Origin: Escherichia coli
Lineage (GTDB): Bacteria; Pseudomonadota; Gammaproteobacteria; Enterobacterales; Enterobacteriaceae
NCBI RefSeq assembly: GCF_003019035.1
Contig: NZ_CP027447.1
DNA: 64,000 bases
Direction: 5' to 3' (one strand)
Of the stretch, positions 18,956-28,860 are shown in pieces. The number at the start of each line of letters is the position of its first letter. The first letter of the stretch is position 1. A model generated the notes under the pieces. The model had not been told where the DNA came from. It saw nothing but the letters and a program-made list of their open reading frames with translations, and searched no databases. The position numbers and the translations under genes were made by a program.

Positions 18956-19909
18956 TTATTTACTGATACCGGTGATGAGATACCCGGCATCGCCACCAAC
19001 CACGGCGACTTTGTAGATATCGGTATAACGGCAGTACTTCACCTTGCCACCGGCTCCGTCGTATTTGTCAGCAACAGGCATCCCCTTACGACGCAGAGTG
19101 TAGCCGAAGGACGGCTCGTTCTCGTCCGCGCTGTCCGCCCCGGGCTGCGGTTTGCCGACATAGTGCAGCATCAGGTTGTCTCCCCAGATATCCGCCGGCA
19201 CGCTGTTTTTATCCATTGCCGCTTTCATGGATGGCAGGGAAACAGGAGCACCGATGACGATCTCTTCGATCTGAAAGAGGTCCTGCAGGATCTCCGTGGT
19301 GATGCGCTTACGCTCGTTGGCTCCGATGGCTGCCTGAAGTGCTGGATGGAACTTCAGCAGCGCCATCACGCCGGCACCCATGGTCATCAGGTTAGGACGC
19401 AGCCCTGTGGCCGTACGGACCGCTTCCATACCGGCTTCAATCACCCCGATGGGGTCACCCTTACCACCGGCCCAGCGGTCGCCGGACGTCAGTTTTTTGA
19501 CGTGTCCGGTACGGTAGACCTTTTCATCCTGAGCCAGACGGGCAGCGATAAGTTCACGGCGCAGGTTCACGCCATTCGTGGCGCGACGGATGGCCTTGCT
19601 CTCCTCGTTAAACATGGACTCCGCCTGTTCGCGGTAATCCACCGGCGCTGCCAGATCGTGTTCACCCAGCACCAGATCAAGCGTGTCGGTTTTCTCACGG
19701 ACCAGAACATTGCTGTCCGCCCCGACGGCGCGCTCGGTGTCATATTCCACAAAGGCGGTTTTCCCGAAGGTCGGTACACGCACGCCTTCCTTGTCCGTCA
19801 GCACGACGGGGAAAATACGTTCGCCGATGAATGCGGCATTTTTATAGCCACGGGCGATACTGGTCAGTACCGGATCAACGACACGTTTACCTTTTAAGTA
19901 ATCAGACAT
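18956..19909 (-). CDS. Major capsid protein (Mu T-like)
   Basis: 317 aa MSDYLKGKRVVDPVLTSIARGYKNAAFIGERIFPV...; ATG preceded by AGGAGA; follows the protease/scaffold gene as in Mu. Confidence 0.8.
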   Translation of the reverse strand: MSDYLKGKRVVDPVLTSIARGYKNAAFIGERIFPVVLTDKEGVRVPTFGKTAFVEYDTERAVGADSNVLVREKTDTLDLVLGEHDLAAPVDYREQAESMFNEESKAIRRATNGVNLRRELIAARLAQDEKVYRTGHVKKLTSGDRWAGGKGDPIGVIEAGMEAVRTATGLRPNLMTMGAGVMALLKFHPALQAAIGANERKRITTEILQDLFQIEEIVIGAPVSLPSMKAAMDKNSVPADIWGDNLMLHYVGKPQPGADSADENEPSFGYTLRRKGMPVADKYDGAGGKVKYCRYTDIYKVAVVGGDAGYLITGISK

Positions 19910-19923
19910 GATTTCTCCTTAAA

Positions 19924-21039
19924 TTACAGGCAGCGTGCGACAGCAGCCTCATAGCTGATGCCTTCTTTTTTGGACAGGGCCACTGCTTTCTGATGCAGGG
20001 CCAGACGCTCAGGATCGGCTTCCGCAAACTCCGCCACATCCACCTTCACCGTGTCGCCGACACGCTCTTTTGTGGCCTGTTCGGCGAAATTCATCACCGG
20101 CTCCCCGTCGGAGAGCAATGAACGAAAGGCGGTGGCCAGCGGTGTGCGGCTTTCCCCCTCAGCAAACTCCACCGGCTTGTCGCCACCGGCGACGGCATCC
20201 AGCAGGGCAACCACCACGGAGGAGGCGCGGGGAGCCAGACGGCCCTCTGCGACAAGTTTTTCTGCAAAGGCCACATTGTCCTTATGCAGTTGCTCCTGTC
20301 TGACCTGTGCATCACGCGCATCGCGATCAGCAGCCTGCTGCTTCAGGCGGCGGTTCTCCTCCTGAAGGGCTTCAATCTCTTCTTTTGTCATCGATGATTC
20401 CTCGTTACTTGCGGAAGACGGCCCCGGGCCTGTCTCACTGAATTGGGCACCTGCTGCATCCTGCGACAGTGTGTCGCGGTACGCCTCTTCGCGCAGACTG
20501 TTGAGCTGCCATTCCGGCAGGACTTTTTCTGCCTCGTCCAGACTGAAGCGGGCGATCAGAAAATCGCGCAGCTTTCCCCACAGGGAGGCATTCGTGATGG
20601 CCTGCCAGTCGGCGAACTCCACCACACCTTCTTCCTGCTCACTGAAGGACACCTGTTTCAGCCCCTTGACGGAAGGTGGCTGTGCCCCGAGAAAGCCCAC
20701 ATGGCGCAGGTAGAGCACGCCGGGCTTCGGATTGGACGGTGAATCCGGGAGGTAGAAAGAGGCGGACACTTTTTTGAATCGTCCGTCGGTGACCATCTCA
20801 GCAAACTGCGGGTCCAGCTGGGCAGGCTCTGCCATCAGATCGACGCCGCTGAGCGACAGGGCTTTCACCCAGCCCCACGCCGGGTCTTCCGTTCTGGGAT
20901 GACCAATCACGAGTGGTGCTTCATGGACGGACGGGTCATAGGCTTTCACGCAGGCGGCAAGATCGTCTGGCGTGAACGGCAGTTTTTTGCCGTGCATATC
21001 GGTATGAGTACCGGCTTTAAAAATGTGAATGGCTGACAT
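19924..21039 (-). CDS. Head maturation protease/scaffold (Mu I-like)
   Basis: 371 aa with an acidic, coiled-coil-like middle region; position upstream of the capsid gene. Confidence 0.7.
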   Translation of the reverse strand: MSAIHIFKAGTHTDMHGKKLPFTPDDLAACVKAYDPSVHEAPLVIGHPRTEDPAWGWVKALSLSGVDLMAEPAQLDPQFAEMVTDGRFKKVSASFYLPDSPSNPKPGVLYLRHVGFLGAQPPSVKGLKQVSFSEQEEGVVEFADWQAITNASLWGKLRDFLIARFSLDEAEKVLPEWQLNSLREEAYRDTLSQDAAGAQFSETGPGPSSASNEESSMTKEEIEALQEENRRLKQQAADRDARDAQVRQEQLHKDNVAFAEKLVAEGRLAPRASSVVVALLDAVAGGDKPVEFAEGESRTPLATAFRSLLSDGEPVMNFAEQATKERVGDTVKVDVAEFAEADPERLALHQKAVALSKKEGISYEAAVARCL

Positions 21040-21253
21040 TTTGCTGTCCCGCGTTATGTTGTCGGAGACAGTTTGTGAGAAATGCAGGCCCGGCGATTTT
21101 AATCTGCTTTAGAAAACATCAGGGGAGAAGGACAGGGAAAGCAATGCGGTGAACCGGAAGCGGTTATAAAACAGAGGCTGTAAAGCCTTTATAAAGGTAA
21201 TACAGCCCCTCATTCGCTGGCAATGATAAATCACCCGCCTGAAGAGAGAAAAC

Positions 21254-21712
21254 TCAGCGACGGGCCGCTGATTCAAGATGGCGGACAATGGTATCGAGGA
21301 TGGGGATTACCACTTCAGGCTGTAGTTCTCCATCCCCCGTCACCGGCAGGAACGGGCGGGCCGGAAGTTCAACAGACTCATTACGCCCCGTTTTACCCCC
21401 GAACTGGTGAATGGCACCGTAAACAACGTTGGTCCCCACAACAGCCTGCCGGGCGTCATGGTCGGTTGATACTGACCCCATCAGACGCCCGGTATCCTGC
21501 AGTGTCTGCCCGTCACGTTCTTCCGCTGCCAGCGAGGGCATCCACCCCGGACGCCCCTCATCAAGAAAGTTAAACTGTGTTTCCGCCAGCAGGGTTCCGG
21601 CGATTTTGCGCATCGCGGGCTCCAGGTCTGTGGCAGCAAGATCCAGCGCACGGAGGCTCCGGCGCAGGGATTTATCGTTAATGGTGATACTGACCAGGTT
21701 ATCGGAAGCCAT
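21254..21712 (-). CDS. Virion morphogenesis protein (Mu G-like)
   Basis: 152 aa between the F-like and I-like genes. Confidence 0.6.
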   Translation of the reverse strand: MASDNLVSITINDKSLRRSLRALDLAATDLEPAMRKIAGTLLAETQFNFLDEGRPGWMPSLAAEERDGQTLQDTGRLMGSVSTDHDARQAVVGTNVVYGAIHQFGGKTGRNESVELPARPFLPVTGDGELQPEVVIPILDTIVRHLESAARR

Positions 21713-21714
21713 TG

Positions 21715-22536
21715 TTATCCTCTCAGTTCCTGTTGTGCCAGTGGCTGAAGCGTACCCTGATAGCGGGCCAGGTCGGGACGGTATGCTGCCCCCGGTGCAT
21801 AAGACCAGCCGACGTCGGTGGTCACCTTCGTGGTGCCGGTATTAAAGGTGGCCACGTTCCGCATTTCGCCGGTTTTCTCTGAGACCAGTTTCAGTTCCTG
21901 GCCCATGGCAGAGCCGGAGCTGATAACCTTCAGGCCCCGGGCACGTACATCCGCCGCACTCAGGGCAATCACACTACAGCGGCAGCGCCAGCCGTTCGGC
22001 GGGTAAAATGCCTGCCAGAACGGGTCATCCCAGCGCAGCACCAGACCATGCAGCGCCAGATGGCTCCTGCGGGTATGGCTGTCGTTGATGCCGGTATACA
22101 TCCAGTACGGCCTGTCGTCGACGTTTTCCATCTGCTCCGCCCAACGACCGGCGCTGTAGAGTACGGACATATTGGTGCGAAAGATGGTGTCGAGCCGCCA
22201 CGGGCTGCCCTGCTGAATGGTGACCGGCTCACCCGTTACCGGGTCAGTCGTGTCACGTGGTCCCCACCATCCCTTACGCTTCAGCACCGGCTCCAGCTCC
22301 TGCCGGAACCAGCGATCGGTTTTTCCTTCATCGACAGCCTGCTGCAGTGCCCCGCGAATATCTTCCAGAATATCCAGGCGGGTCACTTTAGCGACGGTAA
22401 AGGCGCGGGCATGGGCTTCCTGCCACATTTCTTCCCAGTCCCAGGTAATCTGATACCCTTTGGACTTCAGGTAACTGACTGCCCGCTTCGGGGGAAGCGT
22501 CATGCAGTACGCCAGTTCAGCCGTTGTCACGCTCAT
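21715..22536 (-). CDS. Minor head / head morphogenesis protein (Mu F-like)
   Basis: ATG at 22534-22536 (MSVTTAEL...) overlapping the portal gene end. Confidence 0.65.
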   Translation of the reverse strand: MSVTTAELAYCMTLPPKRAVSYLKSKGYQITWDWEEMWQEAHARAFTVAKVTRLDILEDIRGALQQAVDEGKTDRWFRQELEPVLKRKGWWGPRDTTDPVTGEPVTIQQGSPWRLDTIFRTNMSVLYSAGRWAEQMENVDDRPYWMYTGINDSHTRRSHLALHGLVLRWDDPFWQAFYPPNGWRCRCSVIALSAADVRARGLKVISSGSAMGQELKLVSEKTGEMRNVATFNTGTTKVTTDVGWSYAPGAAYRPDLARYQGTLQPLAQQELRG

Positions 22537-24013
22537 GCAGACGCCCCCGGATATTTGCCACAAAGAGAATGCGGGCCAGCCGCTCCTGCAGATCGTCCGT
22601 GTTCATCTGAGGGTAGAGCTCCGCCAGTTCGCCCAGCAGCTCAGACGGGTTAACCCCGTTTTCGACCCGCTTAAACAGAGGTGCCAGGACGGGTTCCAGC
22701 GTGCCATTTAACACACCTCCGTTCATCAGAATGTCCAGTGCGTCGTCAAGCTGCTGTTGAGCCTGAATATCGGCATCAATCGCCTCGGCAAATGACAGCG
22801 GCAGCATGTTCTTCTCGCGTTCTGACGGTGGTGTCTCGTCAATATCGCCGTCCTGCAGCTGGTACTCACGCTTGAAGTATTGCGGGGTCAGACGCAGACC
22901 CGCCCGGGTGAGTTTTTCGTCGCGGGTGGCACGGGTGTCATCAATGGCCTCCTGTTCCCACATGGCCCAGACCGGACACGGCACATCGCCGAAGTTCAGG
23001 GTGACCACCGTTCTTATGACCTGATTCACTGCCGCCTGAATGATGTCCGCATCCGCATCGCGGATATCAGCCGTCACCTCCAGCCCGGCCTGTGCAGAGG
23101 CCTTGTTACTGTTCGCTTCCGTGGTCTGATTCTGACCGAGTAATGCAATGGAGATCTCACTGCGTGACAGTGTGATCAGCTCGCGGAATACCTCGCTGCT
23201 GTCCGCCTTGCCATCCGCTGCTTTGAGTTCGATACTGCTGTCATCGGGGATGGCGGCCACCGCGTCCTCCACCATCTGCTCCATGGAGTCCAGCAGTTTT
23301 TCAATCTCTGCATCATTTGCACCCCTCGGGTGCTTACCGATCACCCACGGGGAGCCAAACTTTTCGGCAAAGCGGAGCCAGAATTTCATCCCGCCTTTCT
23401 TGAAGGCGACCGGCCAGAAGCACATGGACAGGTCCGGGAAACCGTAAGGATTGTCATAGGATGCATCCTGTGCCGGCACCACGAATTTTGACGGTGACAG
23501 CAGCTCACCCTCCACACCCGCATCACGCGCCCGGAAGCGCAGGCAGTTGTCCGTATCAAACTGGAACCACTCAGGTGGTTTGCCGACAATATCCGTCACC
23601 GCCCACGCCCTGACCGAACGGCCCCACATGATTTCACAGGGCTGATACCCGTAGAGCACGGCATCGCTCATCTCACCGATGATGCGGGACAGATCCAGAT
23701 CGTCGAGCATGTCGCGGATGAAACGGAAGACCCGGGCAGAAGCGTGACCGCGCTCCAGTCCACGCTCCAGCGATTTGAGCGCTGCTTTACGTCTGCGGAT
23801 ACAGCCCCCGACCAGCGGGTCGGTGCGCAGTTCGCGGTAGATACGGATATCCCGTCCCTGAGCCTTGAGAATGGGATCAGGATTGGGCAGATACATGCCC
23901 AGTCCGTAAAAGTCGATCGCGCGGCTGCGGGAGGCAATCTGCGCGGTCAGTGATTTCTGAGGCTCAGAAAAAGCAACAAATTCATCGGGTGAAACCCAGA
24001 TACCCCTCGCCAT
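22517..24013 (-). CDS. Portal protein (Mu H/gp29-like)
   Basis: 498 aa; its ATG overlaps the terminase stop (ATGA). Confidence 0.8.
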   Translation of the reverse strand: MARGIWVSPDEFVAFSEPQKSLTAQIASRSRAIDFYGLGMYLPNPDPILKAQGRDIRIYRELRTDPLVGGCIRRRKAALKSLERGLERGHASARVFRFIRDMLDDLDLSRIIGEMSDAVLYGYQPCEIMWGRSVRAWAVTDIVGKPPEWFQFDTDNCLRFRARDAGVEGELLSPSKFVVPAQDASYDNPYGFPDLSMCFWPVAFKKGGMKFWLRFAEKFGSPWVIGKHPRGANDAEIEKLLDSMEQMVEDAVAAIPDDSSIELKAADGKADSSEVFRELITLSRSEISIALLGQNQTTEANSNKASAQAGLEVTADIRDADADIIQAAVNQVIRTVVTLNFGDVPCPVWAMWEQEAIDDTRATRDEKLTRAGLRLTPQYFKREYQLQDGDIDETPPSEREKNMLPLSFAEAIDADIQAQQQLDDALDILMNGGVLNGTLEPVLAPLFKRVENGVNPSELLGELAELYPQMNTDDLQERLARILFVANIRGRLHERDNG

Positions 24014-25329
24014 CAGAATCCCTCCAGTATATGACCAGCCTCACGGCGGTGACGCGAACGGGCCATCACCGGCCCTGACGGTCCGTCAGTGGCGTTTATT
24101 GCCAGAAAACAGGCCCATGTGCGGTCGGCGTGACCTGCTGCATCACTTTCGGCCACAAAGCGGGGAGTTCCGGTAGGCCCGGTAACCTTGCGAAGTTTAT
24201 GCAGATCACTGCGCAGGACCACATCTCCCGCCGGAATACGCAGGCGGCGGTCCTCAAACATCTCCCTGCCACGGGTCGCGAGGGTGAGCTTGTTCGGGCT
24301 GTTAAATATCACCCCCTCCACACGGCTTCTGCCATGGCGACCCTGTGCATCCTCCACCGGCTTTTCTCCCATCCCGGTCTGATCCATACAGCAGCGCAGC
24401 ACGCGGTAACGGAAAAATACGTCATCCAGCAAAGCATCCTGCTCAGCAAAGGTGGCCCGTTTACGGGTGATGATTTCCCGGGTCCAGTAGACATCCCCCA
24501 CCTGTTCAAGCACCCAGATGACAAACAGGTCATTACGAACAGCAATATCCACCCCCACAAAGCAGGGGCCACCCGTATAGTGCACCGGCAGCCCGGCAGC
24601 ATCGTGCTCCACGCCGTCAATCAGTTCAAACGTCAGCCAGGCCGATGCCTCATCCAGCCACTTCAGTTCAAACTCCTGTGCCCAGGCGTCATCATCGTTG
24701 AGCGCCTGTCGCATCTGTGCAATATCCCGCGGCAGACCATCACGCACGGCACGGTAAATATCCACGATGTGACGTGACCAGACATTTTCAAGGGCGTTGC
24801 TGGTCATCAGTTCATAAAACTTGTTTCCCTTGCCGTTCGGTGTCGATGTCACACGCAGTCTGTAGCCGTTGGAAATGACCGGAAACAGAGCGGTCCAGAT
24901 TTTGCGACTGTCGGCATGGAAGGCGAACTCATCCAGAAAGACGTTAGCCGCAAACCCACGAGCCGTGTCGGGATTCGCCGGCAGGGCCGTGATACGGGAG
25001 CCGCCGGGTAACTCCACCTCAAGCATGGTGTAGCGTTCGCCGCTTTCAGCACGGTAATAACTTTCCACCTCACGGGCCGCCATCCGGTAGGCGCTGCAGT
25101 GTTTTTTCACCCCCTCCACCATGGCTTCTTTTGCCTGACGCTCCCCGCGCGAGAGGATCACCCAGCGTGTACGTCCCCCTGAGGCCTCCGTTTCAAAACA
25201 GTCATCAACCAGTTCCAGCGTGGTGGTGAACGTCTTGCCCGTCTGACGGGCAAACATACCAATCTTGAAACGGGCACGATCCAGAAACCACGACTGCTGA
25301 TAGGGATACAGCTGAATGGCCGCTGTCAT
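24013..25329 (-). CDS. Terminase large subunit (Mu gp28-like)
   Basis: 438 aa with an N-terminal ATPase motif (ARQTGKTF) and C-terminal nuclease-like acidic residues. Confidence 0.8.
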   Translation of the reverse strand: MTAAIQLYPYQQSWFLDRARFKIGMFARQTGKTFTTTLELVDDCFETEASGGRTRWVILSRGERQAKEAMVEGVKKHCSAYRMAAREVESYYRAESGERYTMLEVELPGGSRITALPANPDTARGFAANVFLDEFAFHADSRKIWTALFPVISNGYRLRVTSTPNGKGNKFYELMTSNALENVWSRHIVDIYRAVRDGLPRDIAQMRQALNDDDAWAQEFELKWLDEASAWLTFELIDGVEHDAAGLPVHYTGGPCFVGVDIAVRNDLFVIWVLEQVGDVYWTREIITRKRATFAEQDALLDDVFFRYRVLRCCMDQTGMGEKPVEDAQGRHGRSRVEGVIFNSPNKLTLATRGREMFEDRRLRIPAGDVVLRSDLHKLRKVTGPTGTPRFVAESDAAGHADRTWACFLAINATDGPSGPVMARSRHRREAGHILEGF

Positions 25330-25880
25330 GAGATCACCCCGTAAATCTGTTCCCGCACCATCTTCAGGGTTTCCAGACTCAGGCGGGTGTCGCCGGACTT
25401 CGCCTGTTTTTCCAGAGCATTCATCCGCGCCTCAATTTTTGCCAGCACCTCGGCCCGGAATCGCTTGTGGGTCACCGAAGCCCGTACCAGTGTGGCTATA
25501 CTTTCCGAAGCAGTGGCCAGCAGTTTTGCGCGTTTTGCAGGATCATCACTTTCCCCGATTTCCTGCAGACGCATCAGAACATCCAGCATCTCGGTCTGAA
25601 TCAGTGCCATCATCCCGGCAGAACGATCGTCCGCCTCGTCACCGGCTTCCTGCGCCATCAGACGCGCGGCCTCGGTGGCGGCGCGGATGCGGGCCAGTTG
25701 TCGCTCCATTTTGTAGCCAAACCGCTGCAGGGAAGAGCGGGTGATGACGTATCCCTTCTCCTTCAGCAGGGCTTCCAGCCGGGCATATCCACTGAAGTTA
25801 TTCTCCGTCAGTGCCCGCTCCAGCCAGCGGCGGACCTCCGTCGGCAGAGAATCAATGCTGCTGCGACGTCCCATAATCAC
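25326..25880 (-). CDS. Putative terminase small subunit (Mu gp27-like)
   Basis: 184 aa, helical, immediately upstream of the large subunit. Confidence 0.55.
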   Translation of the reverse strand: MIMGRRSSIDSLPTEVRRWLERALTENNFSGYARLEALLKEKGYVITRSSLQRFGYKMERQLARIRAATEAARLMAQEAGDEADDRSAGMMALIQTEMLDVLMRLQEIGESDDPAKRAKLLATASESIATLVRASVTHKRFRAEVLAKIEARMNALEKQAKSGDTRLSLETLKMVREQIYGVIS

Positions 25881-26188
25881 TCACTCCAGTATTTTTCCGG
25901 GCGGGCAATACCCGGGCCGCATTCCACGGTGTATTCCACAATATCCACACCAAGGCGACTCAGATCGGCAAACCAGTCACCGGACGGTCTCTTCTCCAGC
26001 TCCACCATTTTGCGATCTGCCAGATAATCAAGCTCCCGGCGCAGCTCCAGTTGCGTGGTGTCCGGGTAGATGGCACGGGACACGTCCAGCAGCAACGTTT
26101 CGCTGGCGGTGTAAGGGCGGGTTTTGTTCAGGGCAACCAGCAGACTCCAGCGCAGGGATTCGCGGCGTACCCGGGTAATATCGACCAT
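25877..26188 (-). CDS. Hypothetical protein (Mu gp26-like position)
   Basis: 103-aa ORF in operon overlap with neighbours. Confidence 0.4.
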   Translation of the reverse strand: MVDITRVRRESLRWSLLVALNKTRPYTASETLLLDVSRAIYPDTTQLELRRELDYLADRKMVELEKRPSGDWFADLSRLGVDIVEYTVECGPGIARPEKYWSE

Positions 26189-26514
26189 TATTGACCTCCG
26201 GTATTGCGGTACTGCTGTACCACTTCCAGTTTGTTGTAAAGTGCGTCCAGTTTGGCCTCGATGACTGTCTGGCCACGGATATAATCCTCGCGACGGACAT
26301 AATTCAGCGGTAAATCCGCTTTAAATCGCATAAATTCCTTTTCCAGCTCGCCCCAGTTGGAGGCGGACTGTTGCAGGGCCTGTTCAAGGGAGGCGAATCG
26401 TGCCGCCTGGCGTTCTTCTGTTTTACTGAACAACCATTTGGCGAGCCCTCCAACAAACCCCATGAAGGTGAGCAGAAAACTCACCACCGTCCAGAATTCA
26501 ACCTGCAGTGTCAT
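26188..26514 (-). CDS. Hypothetical membrane protein (Mu gp25-like position)
   Basis: 108 aa with an N-terminal TM helix and coiled-coil tail. Confidence 0.4.
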   Translation of the reverse strand: MTLQVEFWTVVSFLLTFMGFVGGLAKWLFSKTEERQAARFASLEQALQQSASNWGELEKEFMRFKADLPLNYVRREDYIRGQTVIEAKLDALYNKLEVVQQYRNTGGQ

Positions 26515-27164
26515 TTCTGTAATCCTTCCCGTTCATCCAGCAGCGCGTTTATCTGGTTTCGCCAGCGACGACATTGCCCTGCGTTGTCGATGATGTTGGC
26601 GAGGACGTCACGCTGGGAGACACCCGAATTGCGTAACCGGGCGTCAGCGGTTTCAGGTTGCCCGGTCGCTGCGCCAGTGCCGGTGCCAGCGGCGGCAGTT
26701 GCGTCTGAATGACCGGTGTCGACGGATGCGTTGTCATACCCGAGTGCGGCGTTGTACTGGCGCACGAAACCGCGAGTAAACACGCACTCAATGGGATGGC
26801 TCTTACCTTTTTCATCAATCCAGCGCTGTGTGACATCGTTAATTTGCCCCTGTAGTTGTTTGTTCAGGCTCTCCAGTTGAGCAATCTGCTCAAGATAACC
26901 GGCTTCAGCCCGCTGCCCGGCGGCCACCTGCTCCTGATACCGTTTTGCCCATGCTCGCAACGCAGCGTTCTCAAGCATTGCCTGCTCCGTTTTGTATGTG
27001 TCGAATGCTGACTGCAACTCACTGATCGCCTTATCGCCGTCGCGCGTGGCGTTTTCATGCCCGCTTTTGTAGCCCAGGTAATAAAGTCCAATCAGAAAAG
27101 CATTTATGAGCACAGCCAGCAGCAGACTGCGCCACGGCAGATTTTTTAGCAGGTTAGTCCACAC
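26511..27164 (-). CDS. Inner-membrane spanin (Rz-like)
   Basis: 217 aa, N-terminal TM helix then coiled coil; directly downstream of the endolysin. Confidence 0.6.
   Translation of the reverse strand: MWTNLLKNLPWRSLLLAVLINAFLIGLYYLGYKSGHENATRDGDKAISELQSAFDTYKTEQAMLENAALRAWAKRYQEQVAAGQRAEAGYLEQIAQLESLNKQLQGQINDVTQRWIDEKGKSHPIECVFTRGFVRQYNAALGYDNASVDTGHSDATAAAGTGTGAATGQPETADARLRNSGVSQRDVLANIIDNAGQCRRWRNQINALLDEREGLQK
26549..26815 (-). CDS. Outer-membrane lipoprotein spanin (Rz1-like), fully embedded in the Rz-like gene
   Basis: Alternative-frame ORF MKKVRAIPLSAC... with lipobox LSAC and a proline-rich mature part. Confidence 0.5.
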   Translation of the reverse strand: MKKVRAIPLSACLLAVSCASTTPHSGMTTHPSTPVIQTQLPPLAPALAQRPGNLKPLTPGYAIRVSPSVTSSPTSSTTQGNVVAGETR

Positions 27165-27882
27165 AGCTGCCGCCCCCCCATGTCAGATAACGGGGGGCCA
27201 GTTCGTGCAGGATGCGCTGCGGATAATGGCGGTTCTCCCGCCAGCTGGCAGCATTGCGTCCGGCATTCACCGTGGCGACATGCCCGAACCAGCGGGTACT
27301 GTCCAGGCCTTTCTGTGATGCTAGCTGCCTGTCCCGTTGTACCCAGCCCAGACCACCGTTATAGCCCGACAGTGTCATGGCCATACGTTCGCAGTCACTG
27401 GCGGCGCTGACGCGCTGCCACAGCCAGCGGTCATAGCTGACCAGCGCCCGGATGGCCCATGCCGGATTAAACGGCTCACGGCTGTTAAGCCCCGGCATCA
27501 GCTGACTTATCCAGTCAGCAGTGGCGGGCATGAACTGCGCCAGTCCCTGAGCGCCAGCCGGCGAGACCGCATCAGGTCGCCAGCCGCTTTCCTGATGCAG
27601 TTGCGCAGCGAAATCGGCCACCGGCGCAGACAGTCCCCATTCAAGCCGGGCATTACGGATCACATCATCGCGATACTGCAGCGCAGCCTGCGGAGGCTGC
27701 GCTGCGCGGGCCTGACTGAAGAAGCCGCCACACCAGAGCAGCCAGACAATCACCAGGTTGCCAGCAAGCTGCCACCAGAAGCTGTATTTATCGTTACGTG
27801 GTTCTCCGTGTCTGATGGCGGTTACGCCCAGACCAAAGGCGAACAGAATAATGAGGGTGATTTGAGGCCAGTTCATGGTCAC
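27154..27882 (-). CDS. Endolysin, SLT-type lytic transglycosylase with N-terminal signal-anchor
   Basis: 242 aa; hydrophobic N-terminus followed by ...LHQESGWRPDAVSPAGAQGLAQFMPATADW... Confidence 0.8.
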   Translation of the reverse strand: MTMNWPQITLIILFAFGLGVTAIRHGEPRNDKYSFWWQLAGNLVIVWLLWCGGFFSQARAAQPPQAALQYRDDVIRNARLEWGLSAPVADFAAQLHQESGWRPDAVSPAGAQGLAQFMPATADWISQLMPGLNSREPFNPAWAIRALVSYDRWLWQRVSAASDCERMAMTLSGYNGGLGWVQRDRQLASQKGLDSTRWFGHVATVNAGRNAASWRENRHYPQRILHELAPRYLTWGGGSCVD

Positions 27883-28229
27883 AGTCCTGTTGCCACAGCC
27901 AGACAGACCGCTGCAACAATCAGTGCACGGCGGATTAACGCAGCAGAAAATACAAGGTGAAGGCCGGTCTGCACAGGGAAACGCCCTTCAGCCATCAGCC
28001 TGTCTTCATGTTTCAGGTACTGACCGGGACGGGCTTTGGGGAAGAGTGAACGGTCAAGCCAGTAACCCAGCACTGCTGCCAGCGTGATGAGTGCCAGCTT
28101 GTAGATCACAACAGGCAGCTGCTGTGGCGAGACCAGAGCGATGGTGCCCAGCAACAGCACTGAGGTCAGCAGCCAGCCGCTGAGGCGAGGTTTTTTAACA
28201 GGGGGAATGAATTTTTTCAGGTTTTTCAT
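27879..28229 (-). CDS. Putative holin (3 TM segments)
   Basis: ATG at 28227-28229 preceded by AAGGAG (MKNLKKFIPP...); three hydrophobic helices; first gene of the lysis cassette. The track ORF begins at an upstream GTG. Confidence 0.5.
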   Translation of the reverse strand: MKNLKKFIPPVKKPRLSGWLLTSVLLLGTIALVSPQQLPVVIYKLALITLAAVLGYWLDRSLFPKARPGQYLKHEDRLMAEGRFPVQTGLHLVFSAALIRRALIVAAVCLAVATGL

Positions 28230-28359
28230 GTGTGTCTCCTTGTCTGGTGGAGACAGCATCACAAATACAGGGCGCGAAGGATTTTAAAGCGCGTTAAGAG
28301 AGCCGGGGATACGGGATGTGCAGGATAAACGATGAATTATTCACAGAGGAGAATACGAT

Positions 28360-28785
28360 ATGACGCAGACACTGAATCCGGTCATCACTGTCACCGTGTC
28401 CGGTCCTGTGGGCAGCGGTAAAAGTTACGTACTGGCGCGGATAGAAGAGATGGTGAAACAGGAACCCGGAAACAGCGTCATTGTCGATGCTGCTGACGTG
28501 GAGAATGAGCGCCGTATGAGTGGGGATGATCTGAGCACATGGCAGAAACCACAGGCAGGTACAATTATCCGACTGGAAGAATACACTGAGCGGGTAACTC
28601 TATCATATAGTGAGGAGCGCATTTGCCTGACGAATGCACTGCTGGAAGTTATATGTCCCGAAGGCAAGAGCCCCTGGATACTACCCGATGCTGTACATGC
28701 CGCAATTGCTGCATTGTTCGTATTATACGATCAGGAGCTGGTTTTAATGGAGTTATGTAAGGTTATTAAAGCTACAGAAAAGTAA
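28360..28785 (+). CDS. Hypothetical small P-loop protein (Walker A GPVGSGKS), orphan accessory gene
   Basis: 141-aa ORF with GAGGAG RBS; Walker A at residues 15-22; divergent from the late operon; no family recognised. Confidence 0.6.
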   Translation: MTQTLNPVITVTVSGPVGSGKSYVLARIEEMVKQEPGNSVIVDAADVENERRMSGDDLSTWQKPQAGTIIRLEEYTERVTLSYSEERICLTNALLEVICPEGKSPWILPDAVHAAIAALFVLYDQELVLMELCKVIKATEK

Positions 28786-28860
28786 AAATATTATCGGTAT
28801 CCTGTGGATGATAAAAACACGCTACCCACAGGATTACTTGTATAAAACCGTGGATAACAA

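Noticed and set aside
28786-28860. 9-bp inverted repeat ATCCTGTGG...CCACAGGAT between the convergent orphan genes as a bidirectional terminator
   Set aside because: The 18-nt spacer and lack of flanking U-tracts make an intrinsic terminator unlikely; left as a possible protein-binding palindrome.
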